Below, one piece after another: positions 54,392 through 64,000 of a stretch of DNA of 64,000 nt. The stretch is taken from assembly GCA_963695545.1 (NCBI GenBank), contig OY968796.1, forward strand, positions 224,001-288,000, in the 5' to 3' direction. Source of the DNA: Terriglobia bacterium (GTDB taxonomy: Bacteria; Acidobacteriota; Terriglobia; Acidiferrales; UBA7541). Under the pieces are notes generated by a model. It worked only from the letters and a program-made list of their open reading frames with translations. It searched no databases and was not told the origin of the DNA. The stretch's first letter is position 1. Every line of letters begins with the position of its first letter. A program made the position numbers and the translations under genes.

Positions 54392-55274
54392 GAACCCTCT
54401 CGACCAATCCGAGCGCCTCGAGCACGGATTGCAGACGCGCCACCGTTTCCGGCTTCGGCGCGACCAGCGGCAATCGCCAAACTGGATCGAGCAATCCCAT
54501 CAATCCCATAGCAGCCTTCACCGGCCCGGGATTGGTTTCGATAAAATTCCCCTCCATCAGCGCGAGCAAGCGCCGATGCAGCGCGCGCGCCGCGACGAAG
54601 TTTCCTTCGTTGCACAGCCGCGCGAGTTGCGTCATCTCCGCCGGCGCTTCGTTTGAGGCCACCGAAATCACGCCGCGCCCGCCCAAGGACATCAGCGGAA
54701 GCGCCATCGCATCGTCGCCGGAGAGGACCACGAAATCCTCCCGTACCGTAGTCAGGATGGCGCCCATCTGCATGATATTGCCGGAGGCCTCCTTGATTCC
54801 GACGATGTTGTCGATCTCGGACAAACGCTTTACTGTCGCGATCTCGATGTTGATGCCCGTCCGGCCCTGGATGCTGTACAGCAGGATCGGCAACGACGCG
54901 CTGGCGGCGATGGCCTTGTAATGCTGGTAGAGCCCTTCTTGCGTCGGCTTGTTGTAATACGGCGAAACGGAGACGATTCCGTCCACGCCCATGGCCGCAA
55001 GGTCTCGCACCAGCGCGACCACTTCGGCGGTGTTGTAGCCGCCGGCGCCCGCCACGATCGGCACCTTGCCCTTAGCTTCTTCGAGCGTGAGCTCGACCAC
55101 GCGCAAATGTTCCTGCCGCGTGAGCGTCGGGCTCTCTCCCGTCGTGCCGCACGGGCAAACGAAATCGATTCCCGCCGCCACTTGCCGGCGAACCAGCGCG
55201 CGCAAGGTCGCCTCGTCGAGCGAACCATCGCGCCTGAACGGTGTGACCAGTGCCGTACCGCATCCTGTAAACAT
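54372..55274 (-). CDS. dapA: 4-hydroxy-tetrahydrodipicolinate synthase
   Basis: GTTGESPTL, PYYNKP, GIKEASG, SGDD, ETNPGPVK. Confidence 0.97.
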   Translation of the reverse strand: MFTGCGTALVTPFRRDGSLDEATLRALVRRQVAAGIDFVCPCGTTGESPTLTRQEHLRVVELTLEEAKGKVPIVAGAGGYNTAEVVALVRDLAAMGVDGIVSVSPYYNKPTQEGLYQHYKAIAASASLPILLYSIQGRTGINIEIATVKRLSEIDNIVGIKEASGNIMQMGAILTTVREDFVVLSGDDAMALPLMSLGGRGVISVASNEAPAEMTQLARLCNEGNFVAARALHRRLLALMEGNFIETNPGPVKAAMGLMGLLDPVWRLPLVAPKPETVARLQSVLEALGLVERVHAAARN

Positions 55275-55310
55275 CGCCTGCTCCTATCCGAGAATCCCGC
55301 GCGCTTGAAA

Positions 55311-56012
55311 TTAACGCAGCTCGCCCAGGATCTCCTGAAACTCGAATAAACCTTTTTTCCCGATCACCCAGCGCGCCGCCTGCAGCGCTCCCTGCGCGAA
55401 GCCTTCGCGGCTGCGCGCCGTGTGGCGCAGCGTGATGGTGTCGCCCGGTGAATCAAATCCGATTTCGTGCGTGCCGGGAACCGAACCCGCGCGGCTTGCG
55501 GAAAGATCGATCGGCCGCTCATAGCCGTTCTTCTTCATCGTTTCCGCCAGCTTCAGCAGCGTGCCGGATGGCGCATCTTTTTTCTGCGAATGGTGCATTT
55601 CCCAACCCCACGCTTCGTACTCCGAATGCATTCCAAAGCGCTTCGCCGCTTCCGCCACAATTTGCACAAACAAATTCACGCCCACGGAAAAATTTGGTCC
55701 ATACACCACGCCCGCGCCGCTGCGCTCCACCGCCGCGCGCACAGACGGCAATTCGTCATACCAACCGGTCGTTCCGACGACGGTGTTCACGTGAAGCGAC
55801 GCCAGACGCCGAACATTTTCTGCCGCAGTCGCCGGAGACGAAAATTCAATCGCCGCGTCCACGCCGCGCAGATTCTCCGCGGTGATCCCCGCGCCGCCGG
55901 CGTTGTCGTGAATGTCCAGGCGCACGCGCACCTCGAAGCCATGCTGCGGCGCGAGCGCCTCGATCATGCGCCCCATCTTTCCGTATCCGATAATTGCCAA
56001 TCCCGCCGCCAT
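55311..56012 (-). CDS. dapB: 4-hydroxy-tetrahydrodipicolinate reductase
   Basis: GYGKMG, GTTG, NFSVG, EMHHSQKKDAPSGT. Confidence 0.96.
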   Translation of the reverse strand: MAAGLAIIGYGKMGRMIEALAPQHGFEVRVRLDIHDNAGGAGITAENLRGVDAAIEFSSPATAAENVRRLASLHVNTVVGTTGWYDELPSVRAAVERSGAGVVYGPNFSVGVNLFVQIVAEAAKRFGMHSEYEAWGWEMHHSQKKDAPSGTLLKLAETMKKNGYERPIDLSASRAGSVPGTHEIGFDSPGDTITLRHTARSREGFAQGALQAARWVIGKKGLFEFQEILGELR

Positions 56013-56038
56013 TGCTTTGTCCTCGTCCTCCGAAAATC

Positions 56039-57061
56039 TCAGTCGCCGCCCGCGCCATTCGCCAGCAACCGCTTCACGAGGCGCTCGTACAAACCGACCG
56101 CCTCCGACAACTCGCGCTTCGCCACGCGCTCTTCGTCCGTGTGCGCCACGTGAATGCTGCCGGGACCGATCAAGCACGGCGCGCCCCAACTCCCGCCGAA
56201 TGCCGGAATATCCGTCGCGAACGAAACGACCGACGTCTCAAAACCATCAATCGCGGAAAGCCGCACTGCTGGAATGCATATCACCTCGCGCAGTTCGGCG
56301 CGCCCTTTCACAGCTTCGGCGACGGCTGCGCGCAGCGGCTCGGGATCTCCCACGATGCGAAACAGGATTTCGGCCTGCGCGTGATCGGCCACCACATTTG
56401 GCGCGCGCCCGCCGGAAATCGTTCCGATATTGAGCGTACTGGCGCCGAGCAAAGGATCGTGCGGCAACGGAATTCTGCGAATTTGTTCGAGGGCGTCCAG
56501 AAGCGAATGGATAGCGGAATGGCCGAGCTCCGGATACGCCGAATGCGCCATGCGCCCGTGCGCCACAATTTCAAAACGCAGCGCGCCCTTTGAACCGAGC
56601 ACTAATCGGTTGTCGGTGGGTTCGCCGTTGATCAGGTAACGCGAGCCGCGCGGATTTTGCGCCGCCACGTACGCTCCGGCGCTGTTGCGCTCTTCACCGA
56701 CCACAAATAGCACGCCAAATCCGCGCGTGCCCGCCGCCAGCAAGCGCTCCGCCGCCGAAATCATCGCCGCGATAATTCCCTTCGCGTCGCACGATCCGCG
56801 CCCGCGAACGAATTCGTCGTCTTCGCTCGATGCGAATGTCGGCGGCACGGTATCCATGTGCGTCGATAGCGTTACGCGCGGCTCGCCCCAATGCGCGAAC
56901 ACATTGAAGCGGCCCGGCTCGACATTCATGCGCTCGATTCGCCCGCCATGCGTGGCAGCCAGCGTCGAAAGTTGCGCGAACAGGAACTCGCCCACCGGGC
57001 CTTCGTGGCCGGAGATCGACTCGATGTCCACAAGCGCGCGTGTTAGCTCGAACAGTTGCAT
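56039..57061 (-). CDS. M20-family metallohydrolase (probable DapE/ArgE-like)
   Basis: HMDTVP, GRGSCDAKG, GEE, GEPT, AHT; first gene of the dap operon. Confidence 0.88.
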   Translation of the reverse strand: MQLFELTRALVDIESISGHEGPVGEFLFAQLSTLAATHGGRIERMNVEPGRFNVFAHWGEPRVTLSTHMDTVPPTFASSEDDEFVRGRGSCDAKGIIAAMISAAERLLAAGTRGFGVLFVVGEERNSAGAYVAAQNPRGSRYLINGEPTDNRLVLGSKGALRFEIVAHGRMAHSAYPELGHSAIHSLLDALEQIRRIPLPHDPLLGASTLNIGTISGGRAPNVVADHAQAEILFRIVGDPEPLRAAVAEAVKGRAELREVICIPAVRLSAIDGFETSVVSFATDIPAFGGSWGAPCLIGPGSIHVAHTDEERVAKRELSEAVGLYERLVKRLLANGAGGD

Positions 57062-57145
57062 CGTGTCACTCAGAATCTCAAAACTTTCAGGACGGAGACG
57101 CAGAGAGAAGGAAAACCGCGAGGAAGGCTCGGGTCGTCGCCTCTC

Positions 57146-57330
57146 GATAGCGCTCCATCCGTTTGTGACGGATGACAGTGGACAGGCCTTAGACCTGTCC
57201 CCCAGTCGCGCGGGGCGTCAGCTGCCCCGACGACTTCGGCGGACCCTTCCTGCTAACTGCCCTTTTCGCCCGGCGTCCGATGCTGCTCGGAACCGCTCGC
57301 CGGGCTACTCGTGGCGTCCGCACCTCTACC
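57146..57330 (-). ncRNA. Lysine riboswitch (L-box)
   Basis: Minus strand GGTAGAGGTGCG...AGTA...GAAA...CGCCGAA...TGGG...ACTGTC...GGAGCGCTATC with P1-P5 stems, directly upstream of the dap operon. Confidence 0.92.
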
Positions 57331-57342
57331 AAGAACGTAAAC

Positions 57343-57372
57343 AGCGTACCTGAGGCGCCGACCGCATGTCAA
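57343..57372 (-). promoter_or_regulatory. Sigma70 promoter of the riboswitch/dap operon
   Basis: TTGACA-18 bp-TACGCT ending 12 nt before the aptamer. Confidence 0.7.
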
Positions 57373-57610
57373 CGGATGGTTGCGAAAACGCCTCGACGGC
57401 CAATCGGCGCTCGGTCTTCCGCGGCGTAGAAACTGTCGATCGGCGGCGCGAGCTTGCGCCGAGTGACGCCGCAGTTTTTATGTTTGATAAACCGGGGTTA
57501 TCAGCATAGAATGCGCTCGGCTCTCTTCCCAGCAAGCACCGGCACAACTCACCTCGGGCAATCATCTGCACGAATCGAGAATGAGTTTTGTGCGCCGAAC
57601 TTGGAGCGTA

Positions 57611-59236
57611 ATGCCGCCAAAAGTCGTACTGCTTAATCCGTCGATGCAGACGGCCGGGTACAGCATCATCACGCCGCGATGGCTATTCGTGATCGCCGAA
57701 GCCACGCCGAGGGATATCGTCGGCGATCCGATTCTGGTCGACGAATCCATCGAAGAATTCAATCCCGACATTCTGCAACCGGGCGACATTGTGGGCATTG
57801 GCATCACGACCGGCAACGTCGCTCCGGCATACGAAGCGCTGCGCAAAGCGAAATCGCGCGGCGCGACGGTGATCGCCGGCGGCATTCACCCCACGATTTT
57901 CCCGGATGAGCCGATCGAAATGGGCGCCGACGCGGTGGTGACCGGCAACGGCGACGTTGTCTGGAGCACGGTGGTGCAAGATGCCGTGCGCGGCACGCTT
58001 CGCAAACATTACGCGGGCGGGCGCGTGCCGGGAGACGGCTTGCTCAAGGCGCGCTGGGATTTGCTCGATCCGCGGCACTATATGTTCGCCACGCTGCAAA
58101 CCGTCGCGGGATGTCCCGAGAATTGCAGCTTCTGTTCGGTGTGGGTGACGGAGGGACGCACGCCGCGGCATCGCCTGGCGGACAAGATCATCGAAGAAGC
58201 CAACGAATTGTACGACCGCGGATTTCGCTTCATCGTGTTCGCCGACGACAATTTCAATCCCTCGACGCTGGGCCGCATCGCGCGCGAGCCGAGCCCGCAA
58301 AAAAGAAAAGAACTCGAACACATCCGGCAGGAGCGCCTGGATTTCTTCGATGAATACGACCGGCGCGTTCCCAAAAATCTGTACGCGTTCACGCAAATGA
58401 CCGTCGAAGCGGTGAGCGACCCCGAGTACCTCACGGCTATGCACGACAAAATGAGGATTCGCGGGGCGCTGGTGGGCGTCGAATCGTTTTCCGAAGAGGG
58501 ACTGAAAAGCGCGAACAAGCAGTGGAATCCCACCGGAAAGAAAATGGTGGAAACCATCCAGAAAATTCAGGACGCCGGAATCTGCGTGCTGAGTTCGATT
58601 ATTTGCGGACTCGAATCCGACACCGTGGAAACGATTCGCACCATGCGCGAGTTCGCGCTCGAATCGGGAACCATGCTGGCGCAATTTCCGGTGTATCACC
58701 CATATCCGGGGACCAAGGATTTTTACGAGATGGTCACGGACATCAAGAATCTGGAGAAGCCCGGATACACGCCGAAACATCAGACGCGAATTCCCGAAGA
58801 ACGATTCTGGCTGAAGAACGTGAATCCGCTCGATCGGATTCACCACGCGAATATCAGCCGCAAGGATCTGCTGACGGAAAATCAAAAATGTTGGAATTCG
58901 TTTTACTGCGTGAGGCAGGCGTGGAGACGCGTGGGAATGGGACGGCCGGGAACGTGGCCGCTGTTCGGAAAATTTACGTACGTGATGATGTGCCTGGCGT
59001 TCCGGCGAATTTACGGCGGACAGGGAATGGCGGCGGATGGCGTGCGCCGCAAGCGACTGGGACTCACGACGAAAATCATCATCAAACTCGGCTTGAGCAC
59101 GTATAACCATTTCTACCGCAAGGAATTGGGCGGCCGCATCGGAAAACCGTGGGCGGGGCCGGCGCATCCCTCGCTTCATCCTTCGGCGCAAGCATCCGTT
59201 CAGCCTTCCGCCGAAACGCCTGTGGCGCCGAACTAG
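57611..59236 (+). CDS. B12-binding-domain radical SAM protein
   Basis: VLLNP, GGIHPT, GNGD, GCPENCSFC, FADDNF, GVES. Alternative start at 57581. Confidence 0.92.
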   Translation: MPPKVVLLNPSMQTAGYSIITPRWLFVIAEATPRDIVGDPILVDESIEEFNPDILQPGDIVGIGITTGNVAPAYEALRKAKSRGATVIAGGIHPTIFPDEPIEMGADAVVTGNGDVVWSTVVQDAVRGTLRKHYAGGRVPGDGLLKARWDLLDPRHYMFATLQTVAGCPENCSFCSVWVTEGRTPRHRLADKIIEEANELYDRGFRFIVFADDNFNPSTLGRIAREPSPQKRKELEHIRQERLDFFDEYDRRVPKNLYAFTQMTVEAVSDPEYLTAMHDKMRIRGALVGVESFSEEGLKSANKQWNPTGKKMVETIQKIQDAGICVLSSIICGLESDTVETIRTMREFALESGTMLAQFPVYHPYPGTKDFYEMVTDIKNLEKPGYTPKHQTRIPEERFWLKNVNPLDRIHHANISRKDLLTENQKCWNSFYCVRQAWRRVGMGRPGTWPLFGKFTYVMMCLAFRRIYGGQGMAADGVRRKRLGLTTKIIIKLGLSTYNHFYRKELGGRIGKPWAGPAHPSLHPSAQASVQPSAETPVAPN

Positions 59237-59298
59237 CGCGCCATTCAAGCAAATCGCTCCAGCAAACCGTTCTGCCGAACCTCACCAGCAAATAACGA

Positions 59299-61305
59299 TC
59301 AGACCATGCCGCCGGCGCGGCCTTGCGTCAGATTCCAGAGCGTGGCGACGAGAGCGTCGCAATCCTCGCGCGTGTTGTAGAGGGCGAGCGAAGCGCGCAC
59401 GCTGCTTTCAAGACCGAAGCGGCGATGAATCGGCTGGGCGCAGTGATGGCCGGCGCGGACGGCGATGCCTGCGGCGTTGAGCGCGGTGCCGACGTCTTCA
59501 TTGCGGAAACCATCGAGGATAAAGGAGAGCACGCTGGTTTTTTCCTTGGCCGTGCCGATCAGATGAAGTCCGGGAACGGTTTGGAGAGCTTCAATCGCAT
59601 ATTCCAAAAGATCGTGTTCGTAGCGCGAAATGTTGTACATGCCGATGCGCTCGATGTAATCGATCGCCGCGCCGAGGCCGACGGCGTCGGCAATGCTGCC
59701 GGTGCCGGCTTCAAAACGCTGCGGCGGATCGCTGTAAACGGTTTTTTCAAACGTGACATCGGAAATCATGCTGCCGCCCCCTTGCCACGGCGGCATGTGT
59801 TCGAGAGTGTCGAGCTTGCCGTATACCGCGCCGATTCCAGTGGGCGCGAAAACTTTGTGTCCCGAGAAAACATAAAAATCGCAATCGAGCGATTGCATGT
59901 CGGCCTGCATGTGAGAGACGGCTTGCGCGCCGTCGAGGAGAACTTTGGCGCCGACGCGATGCGCGAGCTCAATCATTTTGCGCGCGGGAGTGACGGTGCC
60001 GAGCGCGTTTGAAACTTGCGCGAAGGCCACCAAACGCGTGCGCGGGCCGAGCAGCTTGGCATATTCATCGAGAAGGATTTGGCCCGAATCGTCGACGGGA
60101 GCGACTTTGAGGCGCGCGCCCTTTTCTTTGCAGAGCATTTGCCAGGGCACGATGTTGGCGTGGTGCTCAAGCCAGGTGATCACGATCTCATCGTCTTTCT
60201 GAATGTTCTGGCGTCCCCAGCTTTGCGCGACGAGATTGATGCCTTCGGTCGCCCCGCGCACGAAAATAATTTCGCGCACGTTTCCGGCGTTCAGGAAGCG
60301 GCGGACTTTGGCGCGCGCGCCTTCGTAGGCGTCGGTTGCGCGGGCGGCGAGTTCGTGAGCGGCGCGGTGCACGTTGGAATTTTCGTGGGTGTAAAAATAA
60401 TTCAGGCGATCGATCACGGCTTGCGGTTTTTGGGTGGTCGCGGCGTTATCGAGCCAAACGAGCGGGTGACCATTGACGCGCTCGTTCAGGATCGGAAAAT
60501 CGCGGCGAATCTCTCCGATTTCAAATGGGCGCGAAGACAAACCCAGGTCGGGGATGGACACGGCTTCCGAGCGCAGCGGCTCGACGACGGGAATGACGTC
60601 GACGGATGTGAGCTGGCGGATTCCGTGGACGAAAGCGTCGAAGGTCGGTTGGGCTGTGGCGTCGGGGCGCTGCCAGGATCCGGCAACGAGCGGCGCTGAT
60701 AAAAATTCGGCCCCTGAAAGCGGGATCGCGGTGGGAATTCCACCGGCTGAGGCGGCGGATTCTTTCTCGGGAGCTTTCGTCGATGTGGCCGGAGGCTGCG
60801 AGAGATTGTGCGCGGGGGCGGCGTAGTCGGTGAAAAGCGGGCGAGCATTTTCCAGGAACGAAAAGGAAGTGGGGACGCTTGATCCGGCGAAACCGGATTG
60901 ACCGGGGAATTCCGGGAGCGACACCGCGGGGATGGACGGCTGAAAAAGTGGCACGGTTGGCGAGAGAGGGACGGAGGATTCTCCGACGCCGGAAATCGCA
61001 TCGATGAAATCGGATTCGGTCAGGTCGGAAGCGCTGGGCGGGGCCGCGGCCGGAGCGGATTCTGCTGCGGCGGGGAGCGACGAGGCGTCAGCTACCGATT
61101 CGTTGCCGGACGGTTGAGAAAAGCCGGGGACGGCGGTGAAGAATTCGGTGGCCATGCGCGCGAGAACGGCGGGATCGGGCAAGTTCGCGGGCAAAGCCGC
61201 ACCGCTTGTCCAGTCACTGGCGCTCGCACCGCTCTTTTTCGCGGCGGGCTTAGCGGCTGCGGGCTTCGCCCCGGGCGCTGCGGATTTTGTGTCACTTCGC
61301 GTCAT
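59299..61305 (-). CDS. Cysteine desulfurase (SufS type), family 2A encapsulin cargo
   Basis: LDNAATTQKP, EHHANIVPW, FSGHK, RAGHHCAQP; long disordered N-terminus with LARMATEFF; start overlaps the 3' end of the shell gene. Confidence 0.94.
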   Translation of the reverse strand: MTRSDTKSAAPGAKPAAAKPAAKKSGASASDWTSGAALPANLPDPAVLARMATEFFTAVPGFSQPSGNESVADASSLPAAAESAPAAAPPSASDLTESDFIDAISGVGESSVPLSPTVPLFQPSIPAVSLPEFPGQSGFAGSSVPTSFSFLENARPLFTDYAAPAHNLSQPPATSTKAPEKESAASAGGIPTAIPLSGAEFLSAPLVAGSWQRPDATAQPTFDAFVHGIRQLTSVDVIPVVEPLRSEAVSIPDLGLSSRPFEIGEIRRDFPILNERVNGHPLVWLDNAATTQKPQAVIDRLNYFYTHENSNVHRAAHELAARATDAYEGARAKVRRFLNAGNVREIIFVRGATEGINLVAQSWGRQNIQKDDEIVITWLEHHANIVPWQMLCKEKGARLKVAPVDDSGQILLDEYAKLLGPRTRLVAFAQVSNALGTVTPARKMIELAHRVGAKVLLDGAQAVSHMQADMQSLDCDFYVFSGHKVFAPTGIGAVYGKLDTLEHMPPWQGGGSMISDVTFEKTVYSDPPQRFEAGTGSIADAVGLGAAIDYIERIGMYNISRYEHDLLEYAIEALQTVPGLHLIGTAKEKTSVLSFILDGFRNEDVGTALNAAGIAVRAGHHCAQPIHRRFGLESSVRASLALYNTREDCDALVATLWNLTQGRAGGMV

Positions 61306-62236
61306 GATAGTTGCCGACTTCAACGTCTTCGAGAGCGGCGATGGCGTCGTCGGTGAGAATCGCGGCCGAGCAATAGAGCGAGATCAAATAGGACGCGAGC
61401 GATTTGTTGTTGATGCCCATGAAGCGGACGGAGAGGCCGGGCGTTTGCTCGCCGGGCAAACCGGGCTGGAAAAGACCGATGACGCCCTGTTTTTTTTCTC
61501 CGACGCGCAGAAGAAGAATATTCGTTTTGCCCTTTTGACCTTTGGGCTTGGCCTGTCCATCGACGTTCAATTTCTCGGTGGGGAAGATGGGGACGCCGCG
61601 CCAGGTGACGAACGGCGAACCGAAGAGCGTGACGGTGGGCGGAGGCACGCCGCGCAGCGTGCATTCGCGGCCGAAGGCGGCGATGGCGCGGGGATGCGCG
61701 AGAAAGAAGGAAGGCTCTTTCCAAACTTTGCTGAGCAATTCATCGAGATCGTCGGGCGTGGGCGAGCCTTTGCGGGCCTTGACGCGCTGCGAGGGCGCGA
61801 CGTTTTTGAGCAGGCCGTAATCGTCGTTGTTGATGAGCTCGCTTTCCTGGCGCTCCTTGACGGTTTCGATGGTGAGGCGAAGCTGTTCTTTGATCTGATC
61901 GTAAGGATTGCTATATAGATCGGAAACGCGGGTTTGGACGTTCAGAACGTTGGAGATGGCGCAGAGCGTGTATTCGCGGGGCTTTTCGTCGTAGTCGACG
62001 AAGGTCTCCGGGAGCGTCTTTTCTTTGGGCTCGGCGCCGCCGCAGGCCACTTCGACTTCTTCTTCGTTGACCACGCGATTCACGCGGAACGTGCCGGCTT
62101 CGAGCGGTTTCCAATCGAGCAGGCGCACGAGCCAGCGCGGCGTGATGGCGCCATATTGCGGCGGAGTCTTGGTGATATTTGCGAGCTGAAATGCTGCGCG
62201 GTCGCCGAGCGCGTGGTGCGGTGTGTTATCAGGCAT
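61292..62236 (-). CDS. Family 2A encapsulin shell protein
   Basis: QLANITKT.PQ..AITPRWL, GTFRVNRV, TRVSDLYSNP.DQ..EQLRL, PTPDDLDELL..VWKEP, WRGVP, GLSVRFMGI. Confidence 0.94.
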   Translation of the reverse strand: MPDNTPHHALGDRAAFQLANITKTPPQYGAITPRWLVRLLDWKPLEAGTFRVNRVVNEEEVEVACGGAEPKEKTLPETFVDYDEKPREYTLCAISNVLNVQTRVSDLYSNPYDQIKEQLRLTIETVKERQESELINNDDYGLLKNVAPSQRVKARKGSPTPDDLDELLSKVWKEPSFFLAHPRAIAAFGRECTLRGVPPPTVTLFGSPFVTWRGVPIFPTEKLNVDGQAKPKGQKGKTNILLLRVGEKKQGVIGLFQPGLPGEQTPGLSVRFMGINNKSLASYLISLYCSAAILTDDAIAALEDVEVGNYHDAK

Positions 62237-62419
62237 CAGAAATCCCCTTTTGCGGAGTGCGAAAATTGGCTTTCGAGGCGCTGCCATCGAGGGGCAGCAG
62301 TCCGATTCCGCGTGCGCCCGCTATCGTAGCAGGAATGCGCGGGTTGGTGATAATCGAGAGGGGAGGGCGCGACGGAACGCGCGGCGATGGCGCGGATTGG
62401 GCCGGCGGGGAGGAGCGAG

Positions 62420-62580
62420 GTATATATACCCCCCTATGTTTTGCGTAAAAAGCGGAAAACAAAGGGGATGCAGGGAAAGAGTGCGGATGAGTGTGAAAAC
62501 ACAGGGATGTAATCTTGAGTGGAATCAATGAGTTGCGCACTCTTTTGCAAGAGTGTGAAAACAAGGCGCTTACAGGGGCA
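62420..62580. repeat. Intergenic repeat element related to 21233-21288/23704-23790
   Basis: C-run and TGTTTT, then three GAAAACA motifs (62455, 62495, 62557) and AATCAATGAGTTG at 62523. Confidence 0.65.
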
Positions 62581-63149
62581 AAAAGTGAGGAGAAATGCGC
62601 AGTGAGAGACTCATTGGCGGAGGCGGATGGAGGCGCGAAGGCAGCGCGGGCGTGAAATCGCGGATTTTGTTTTGCGGTCACACCACCTTATAGCATGTAA
62701 GTCAATACATGTCCAGAGTAATTTGTGAGTATACCATTCGAAAAGTCTGTGGAAATCGATTCGAATGGGATGTGTGGGTGCGGCAAATGCAACTGTCGGA
62801 GCCTTAACTTCGAGCGTAGGATTCGCCGGGCCTGCTTCTGGCACTCATCACGAGCTCGTTGCGGGGCGCGGAAACGAAAGCGTCGAATCGAATAAAGCGC
62901 AAATCGAGAATGGAGAAGGAAAAGTGCGTGAGAAACGAGTTCGAGAAGTGCAATTTTAGGCCTTAGGATTTTCCCGTAGCCGCCGAAAAGGCCATGCCGT
63001 TGAGAACGTCGCTGGAGGCTTGAAAAGCGAAACAGTCAAATGTAAATTGGCGGTCGCCGAAAGGTCAAAACGGAAATTGCGGATAAAATGCCGCTCAATC
63101 GGAAAGGCTGCGAACTAGCCGTCTCTTCAAAACGTCGGAGGGAGCTTTA

Positions 63150-63968
63150 ATGAATCCAAACAAAGCGTTATGGGAAAAAGGCGATTTCACTGCGCTTTCC
63201 TCGGCCTTCATGCGCCCATCGGGAGAAGCCTTGGTGAAGTCTCTAGGCGTCTTGCCTTCCATGCGGGTTTTAGACCTCGGCTGCGGAGACGGCACCACGG
63301 CTGTCCCTCTCGCCCGTGCCGGGGCCGAAGTTCTGGGAATCGACATCGCCTCAAATCTGGTGGCTGCGGGAAATAAGCGCGCCGCTGAGGCCGGACTTAC
63401 CCGATTGAAATTCCAAGAGGGAGACGCCTGCATTTTGGAAGGCATCGCCGATCGATCCTTTGATTTGACCATCTCCGTCTTTGGCGCGATGTTTGCTCCC
63501 AAACCGTTCGATGTGGCCAAGCAGATGGTCCGGGTCACAAAGCCGAGCGGCCGCATCGTGATGGGCAACTGGATCCCAAACGATTTGACTTCATTCGTCT
63601 CGCAACTTTTGAAGATCAGCTCGGCCTTCACGCCTCCTCCTCCGGAAGGCTTCATCAGCCCAATGACCTGGGGCGTCGAAAGCCACATTGTCGAGCGATT
63701 TGGCCAGGCCGGCGTGCCCAAGGAAAAAATTTCCATGGTCAGAGACACCTTTGTGTTTACGTCGCCTGAGCTAAGCCCAACGGATTTCATCGAGATTTTC
63801 CGGCGATTCTATGGCCCCACCATGAATGCCTACGAAGCCGCGGGGAAAAATGGAAAAGTCGAGGAACTCCACGCTCAGCTTCTGGAACTCGCCAAGGCCG
63901 AGAACAAAAGCGCAAACGGCGGCATCTCCATCCCCGCCACGTTCATGCGAGTAACCATCAACCTTTGA
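63150..63968 (+). CDS. Class I SAM-dependent methyltransferase
   Basis: VLDLGCGDG, GIDI, EGDA, SFDL..SVFGAMF; GGAGGGAG RBS. Confidence 0.93.
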   Translation: MNPNKALWEKGDFTALSSAFMRPSGEALVKSLGVLPSMRVLDLGCGDGTTAVPLARAGAEVLGIDIASNLVAAGNKRAAEAGLTRLKFQEGDACILEGIADRSFDLTISVFGAMFAPKPFDVAKQMVRVTKPSGRIVMGNWIPNDLTSFVSQLLKISSAFTPPPPEGFISPMTWGVESHIVERFGQAGVPKEKISMVRDTFVFTSPELSPTDFIEIFRRFYGPTMNAYEAAGKNGKVEELHAQLLELAKAENKSANGGISIPATFMRVTINL

Positions 63969-64000
63969 GCTTCATTCGAATCGTGGCCTCCGCGCGCGGC

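Overview
High-GC bacterial chromosome segment. Gene repertoire and intergenic repeat style suggest Acidobacteriota/Terriglobia (inference). From left to right: a 5'-truncated outer-membrane beta-barrel gene and glnA converging on a complete urease operon (ureABCEFGD); a stand-alone type III PKS; sugar-acid catabolic genes (GH88-like, cupin, Gfo/Idh/MocA, SDR, Zn-ADH, GH28, lactonase); an accessory region at about 21.2-29.5 kb; a trehalose operon (membrane sensor-fused OtsA, OtsB, DUF5752-like, TreT); a KimA-like APC permease, GH31, fasciclin and PEP-CTERM genes; tRNA-Arg(CCG); MscS; a YfiR/hybrid kinase/diguanylate cyclase operon; a dap operon under a lysine riboswitch; a B12 radical SAM gene; a family 2A encapsulin with cysteine desulfurase cargo; and a methyltransferase. 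The accessory region is the most notable part. It holds a 2415-bp IS1595-family element (24-bp TIRs, 7-bp TSD) carrying a proteasome-beta-like Ntn protease gene. The element sits in the centre of a palindrome inside a 39-bp-periodic repeat array, and a related array occurs at about 62.4 kb. It is followed by AT-richer orphan genes (one DUF3800-like) bracketed by direct repeats and a dense mosaic of REP-like palindromes. All calls are from motif recognition by eye; no database searches were run.
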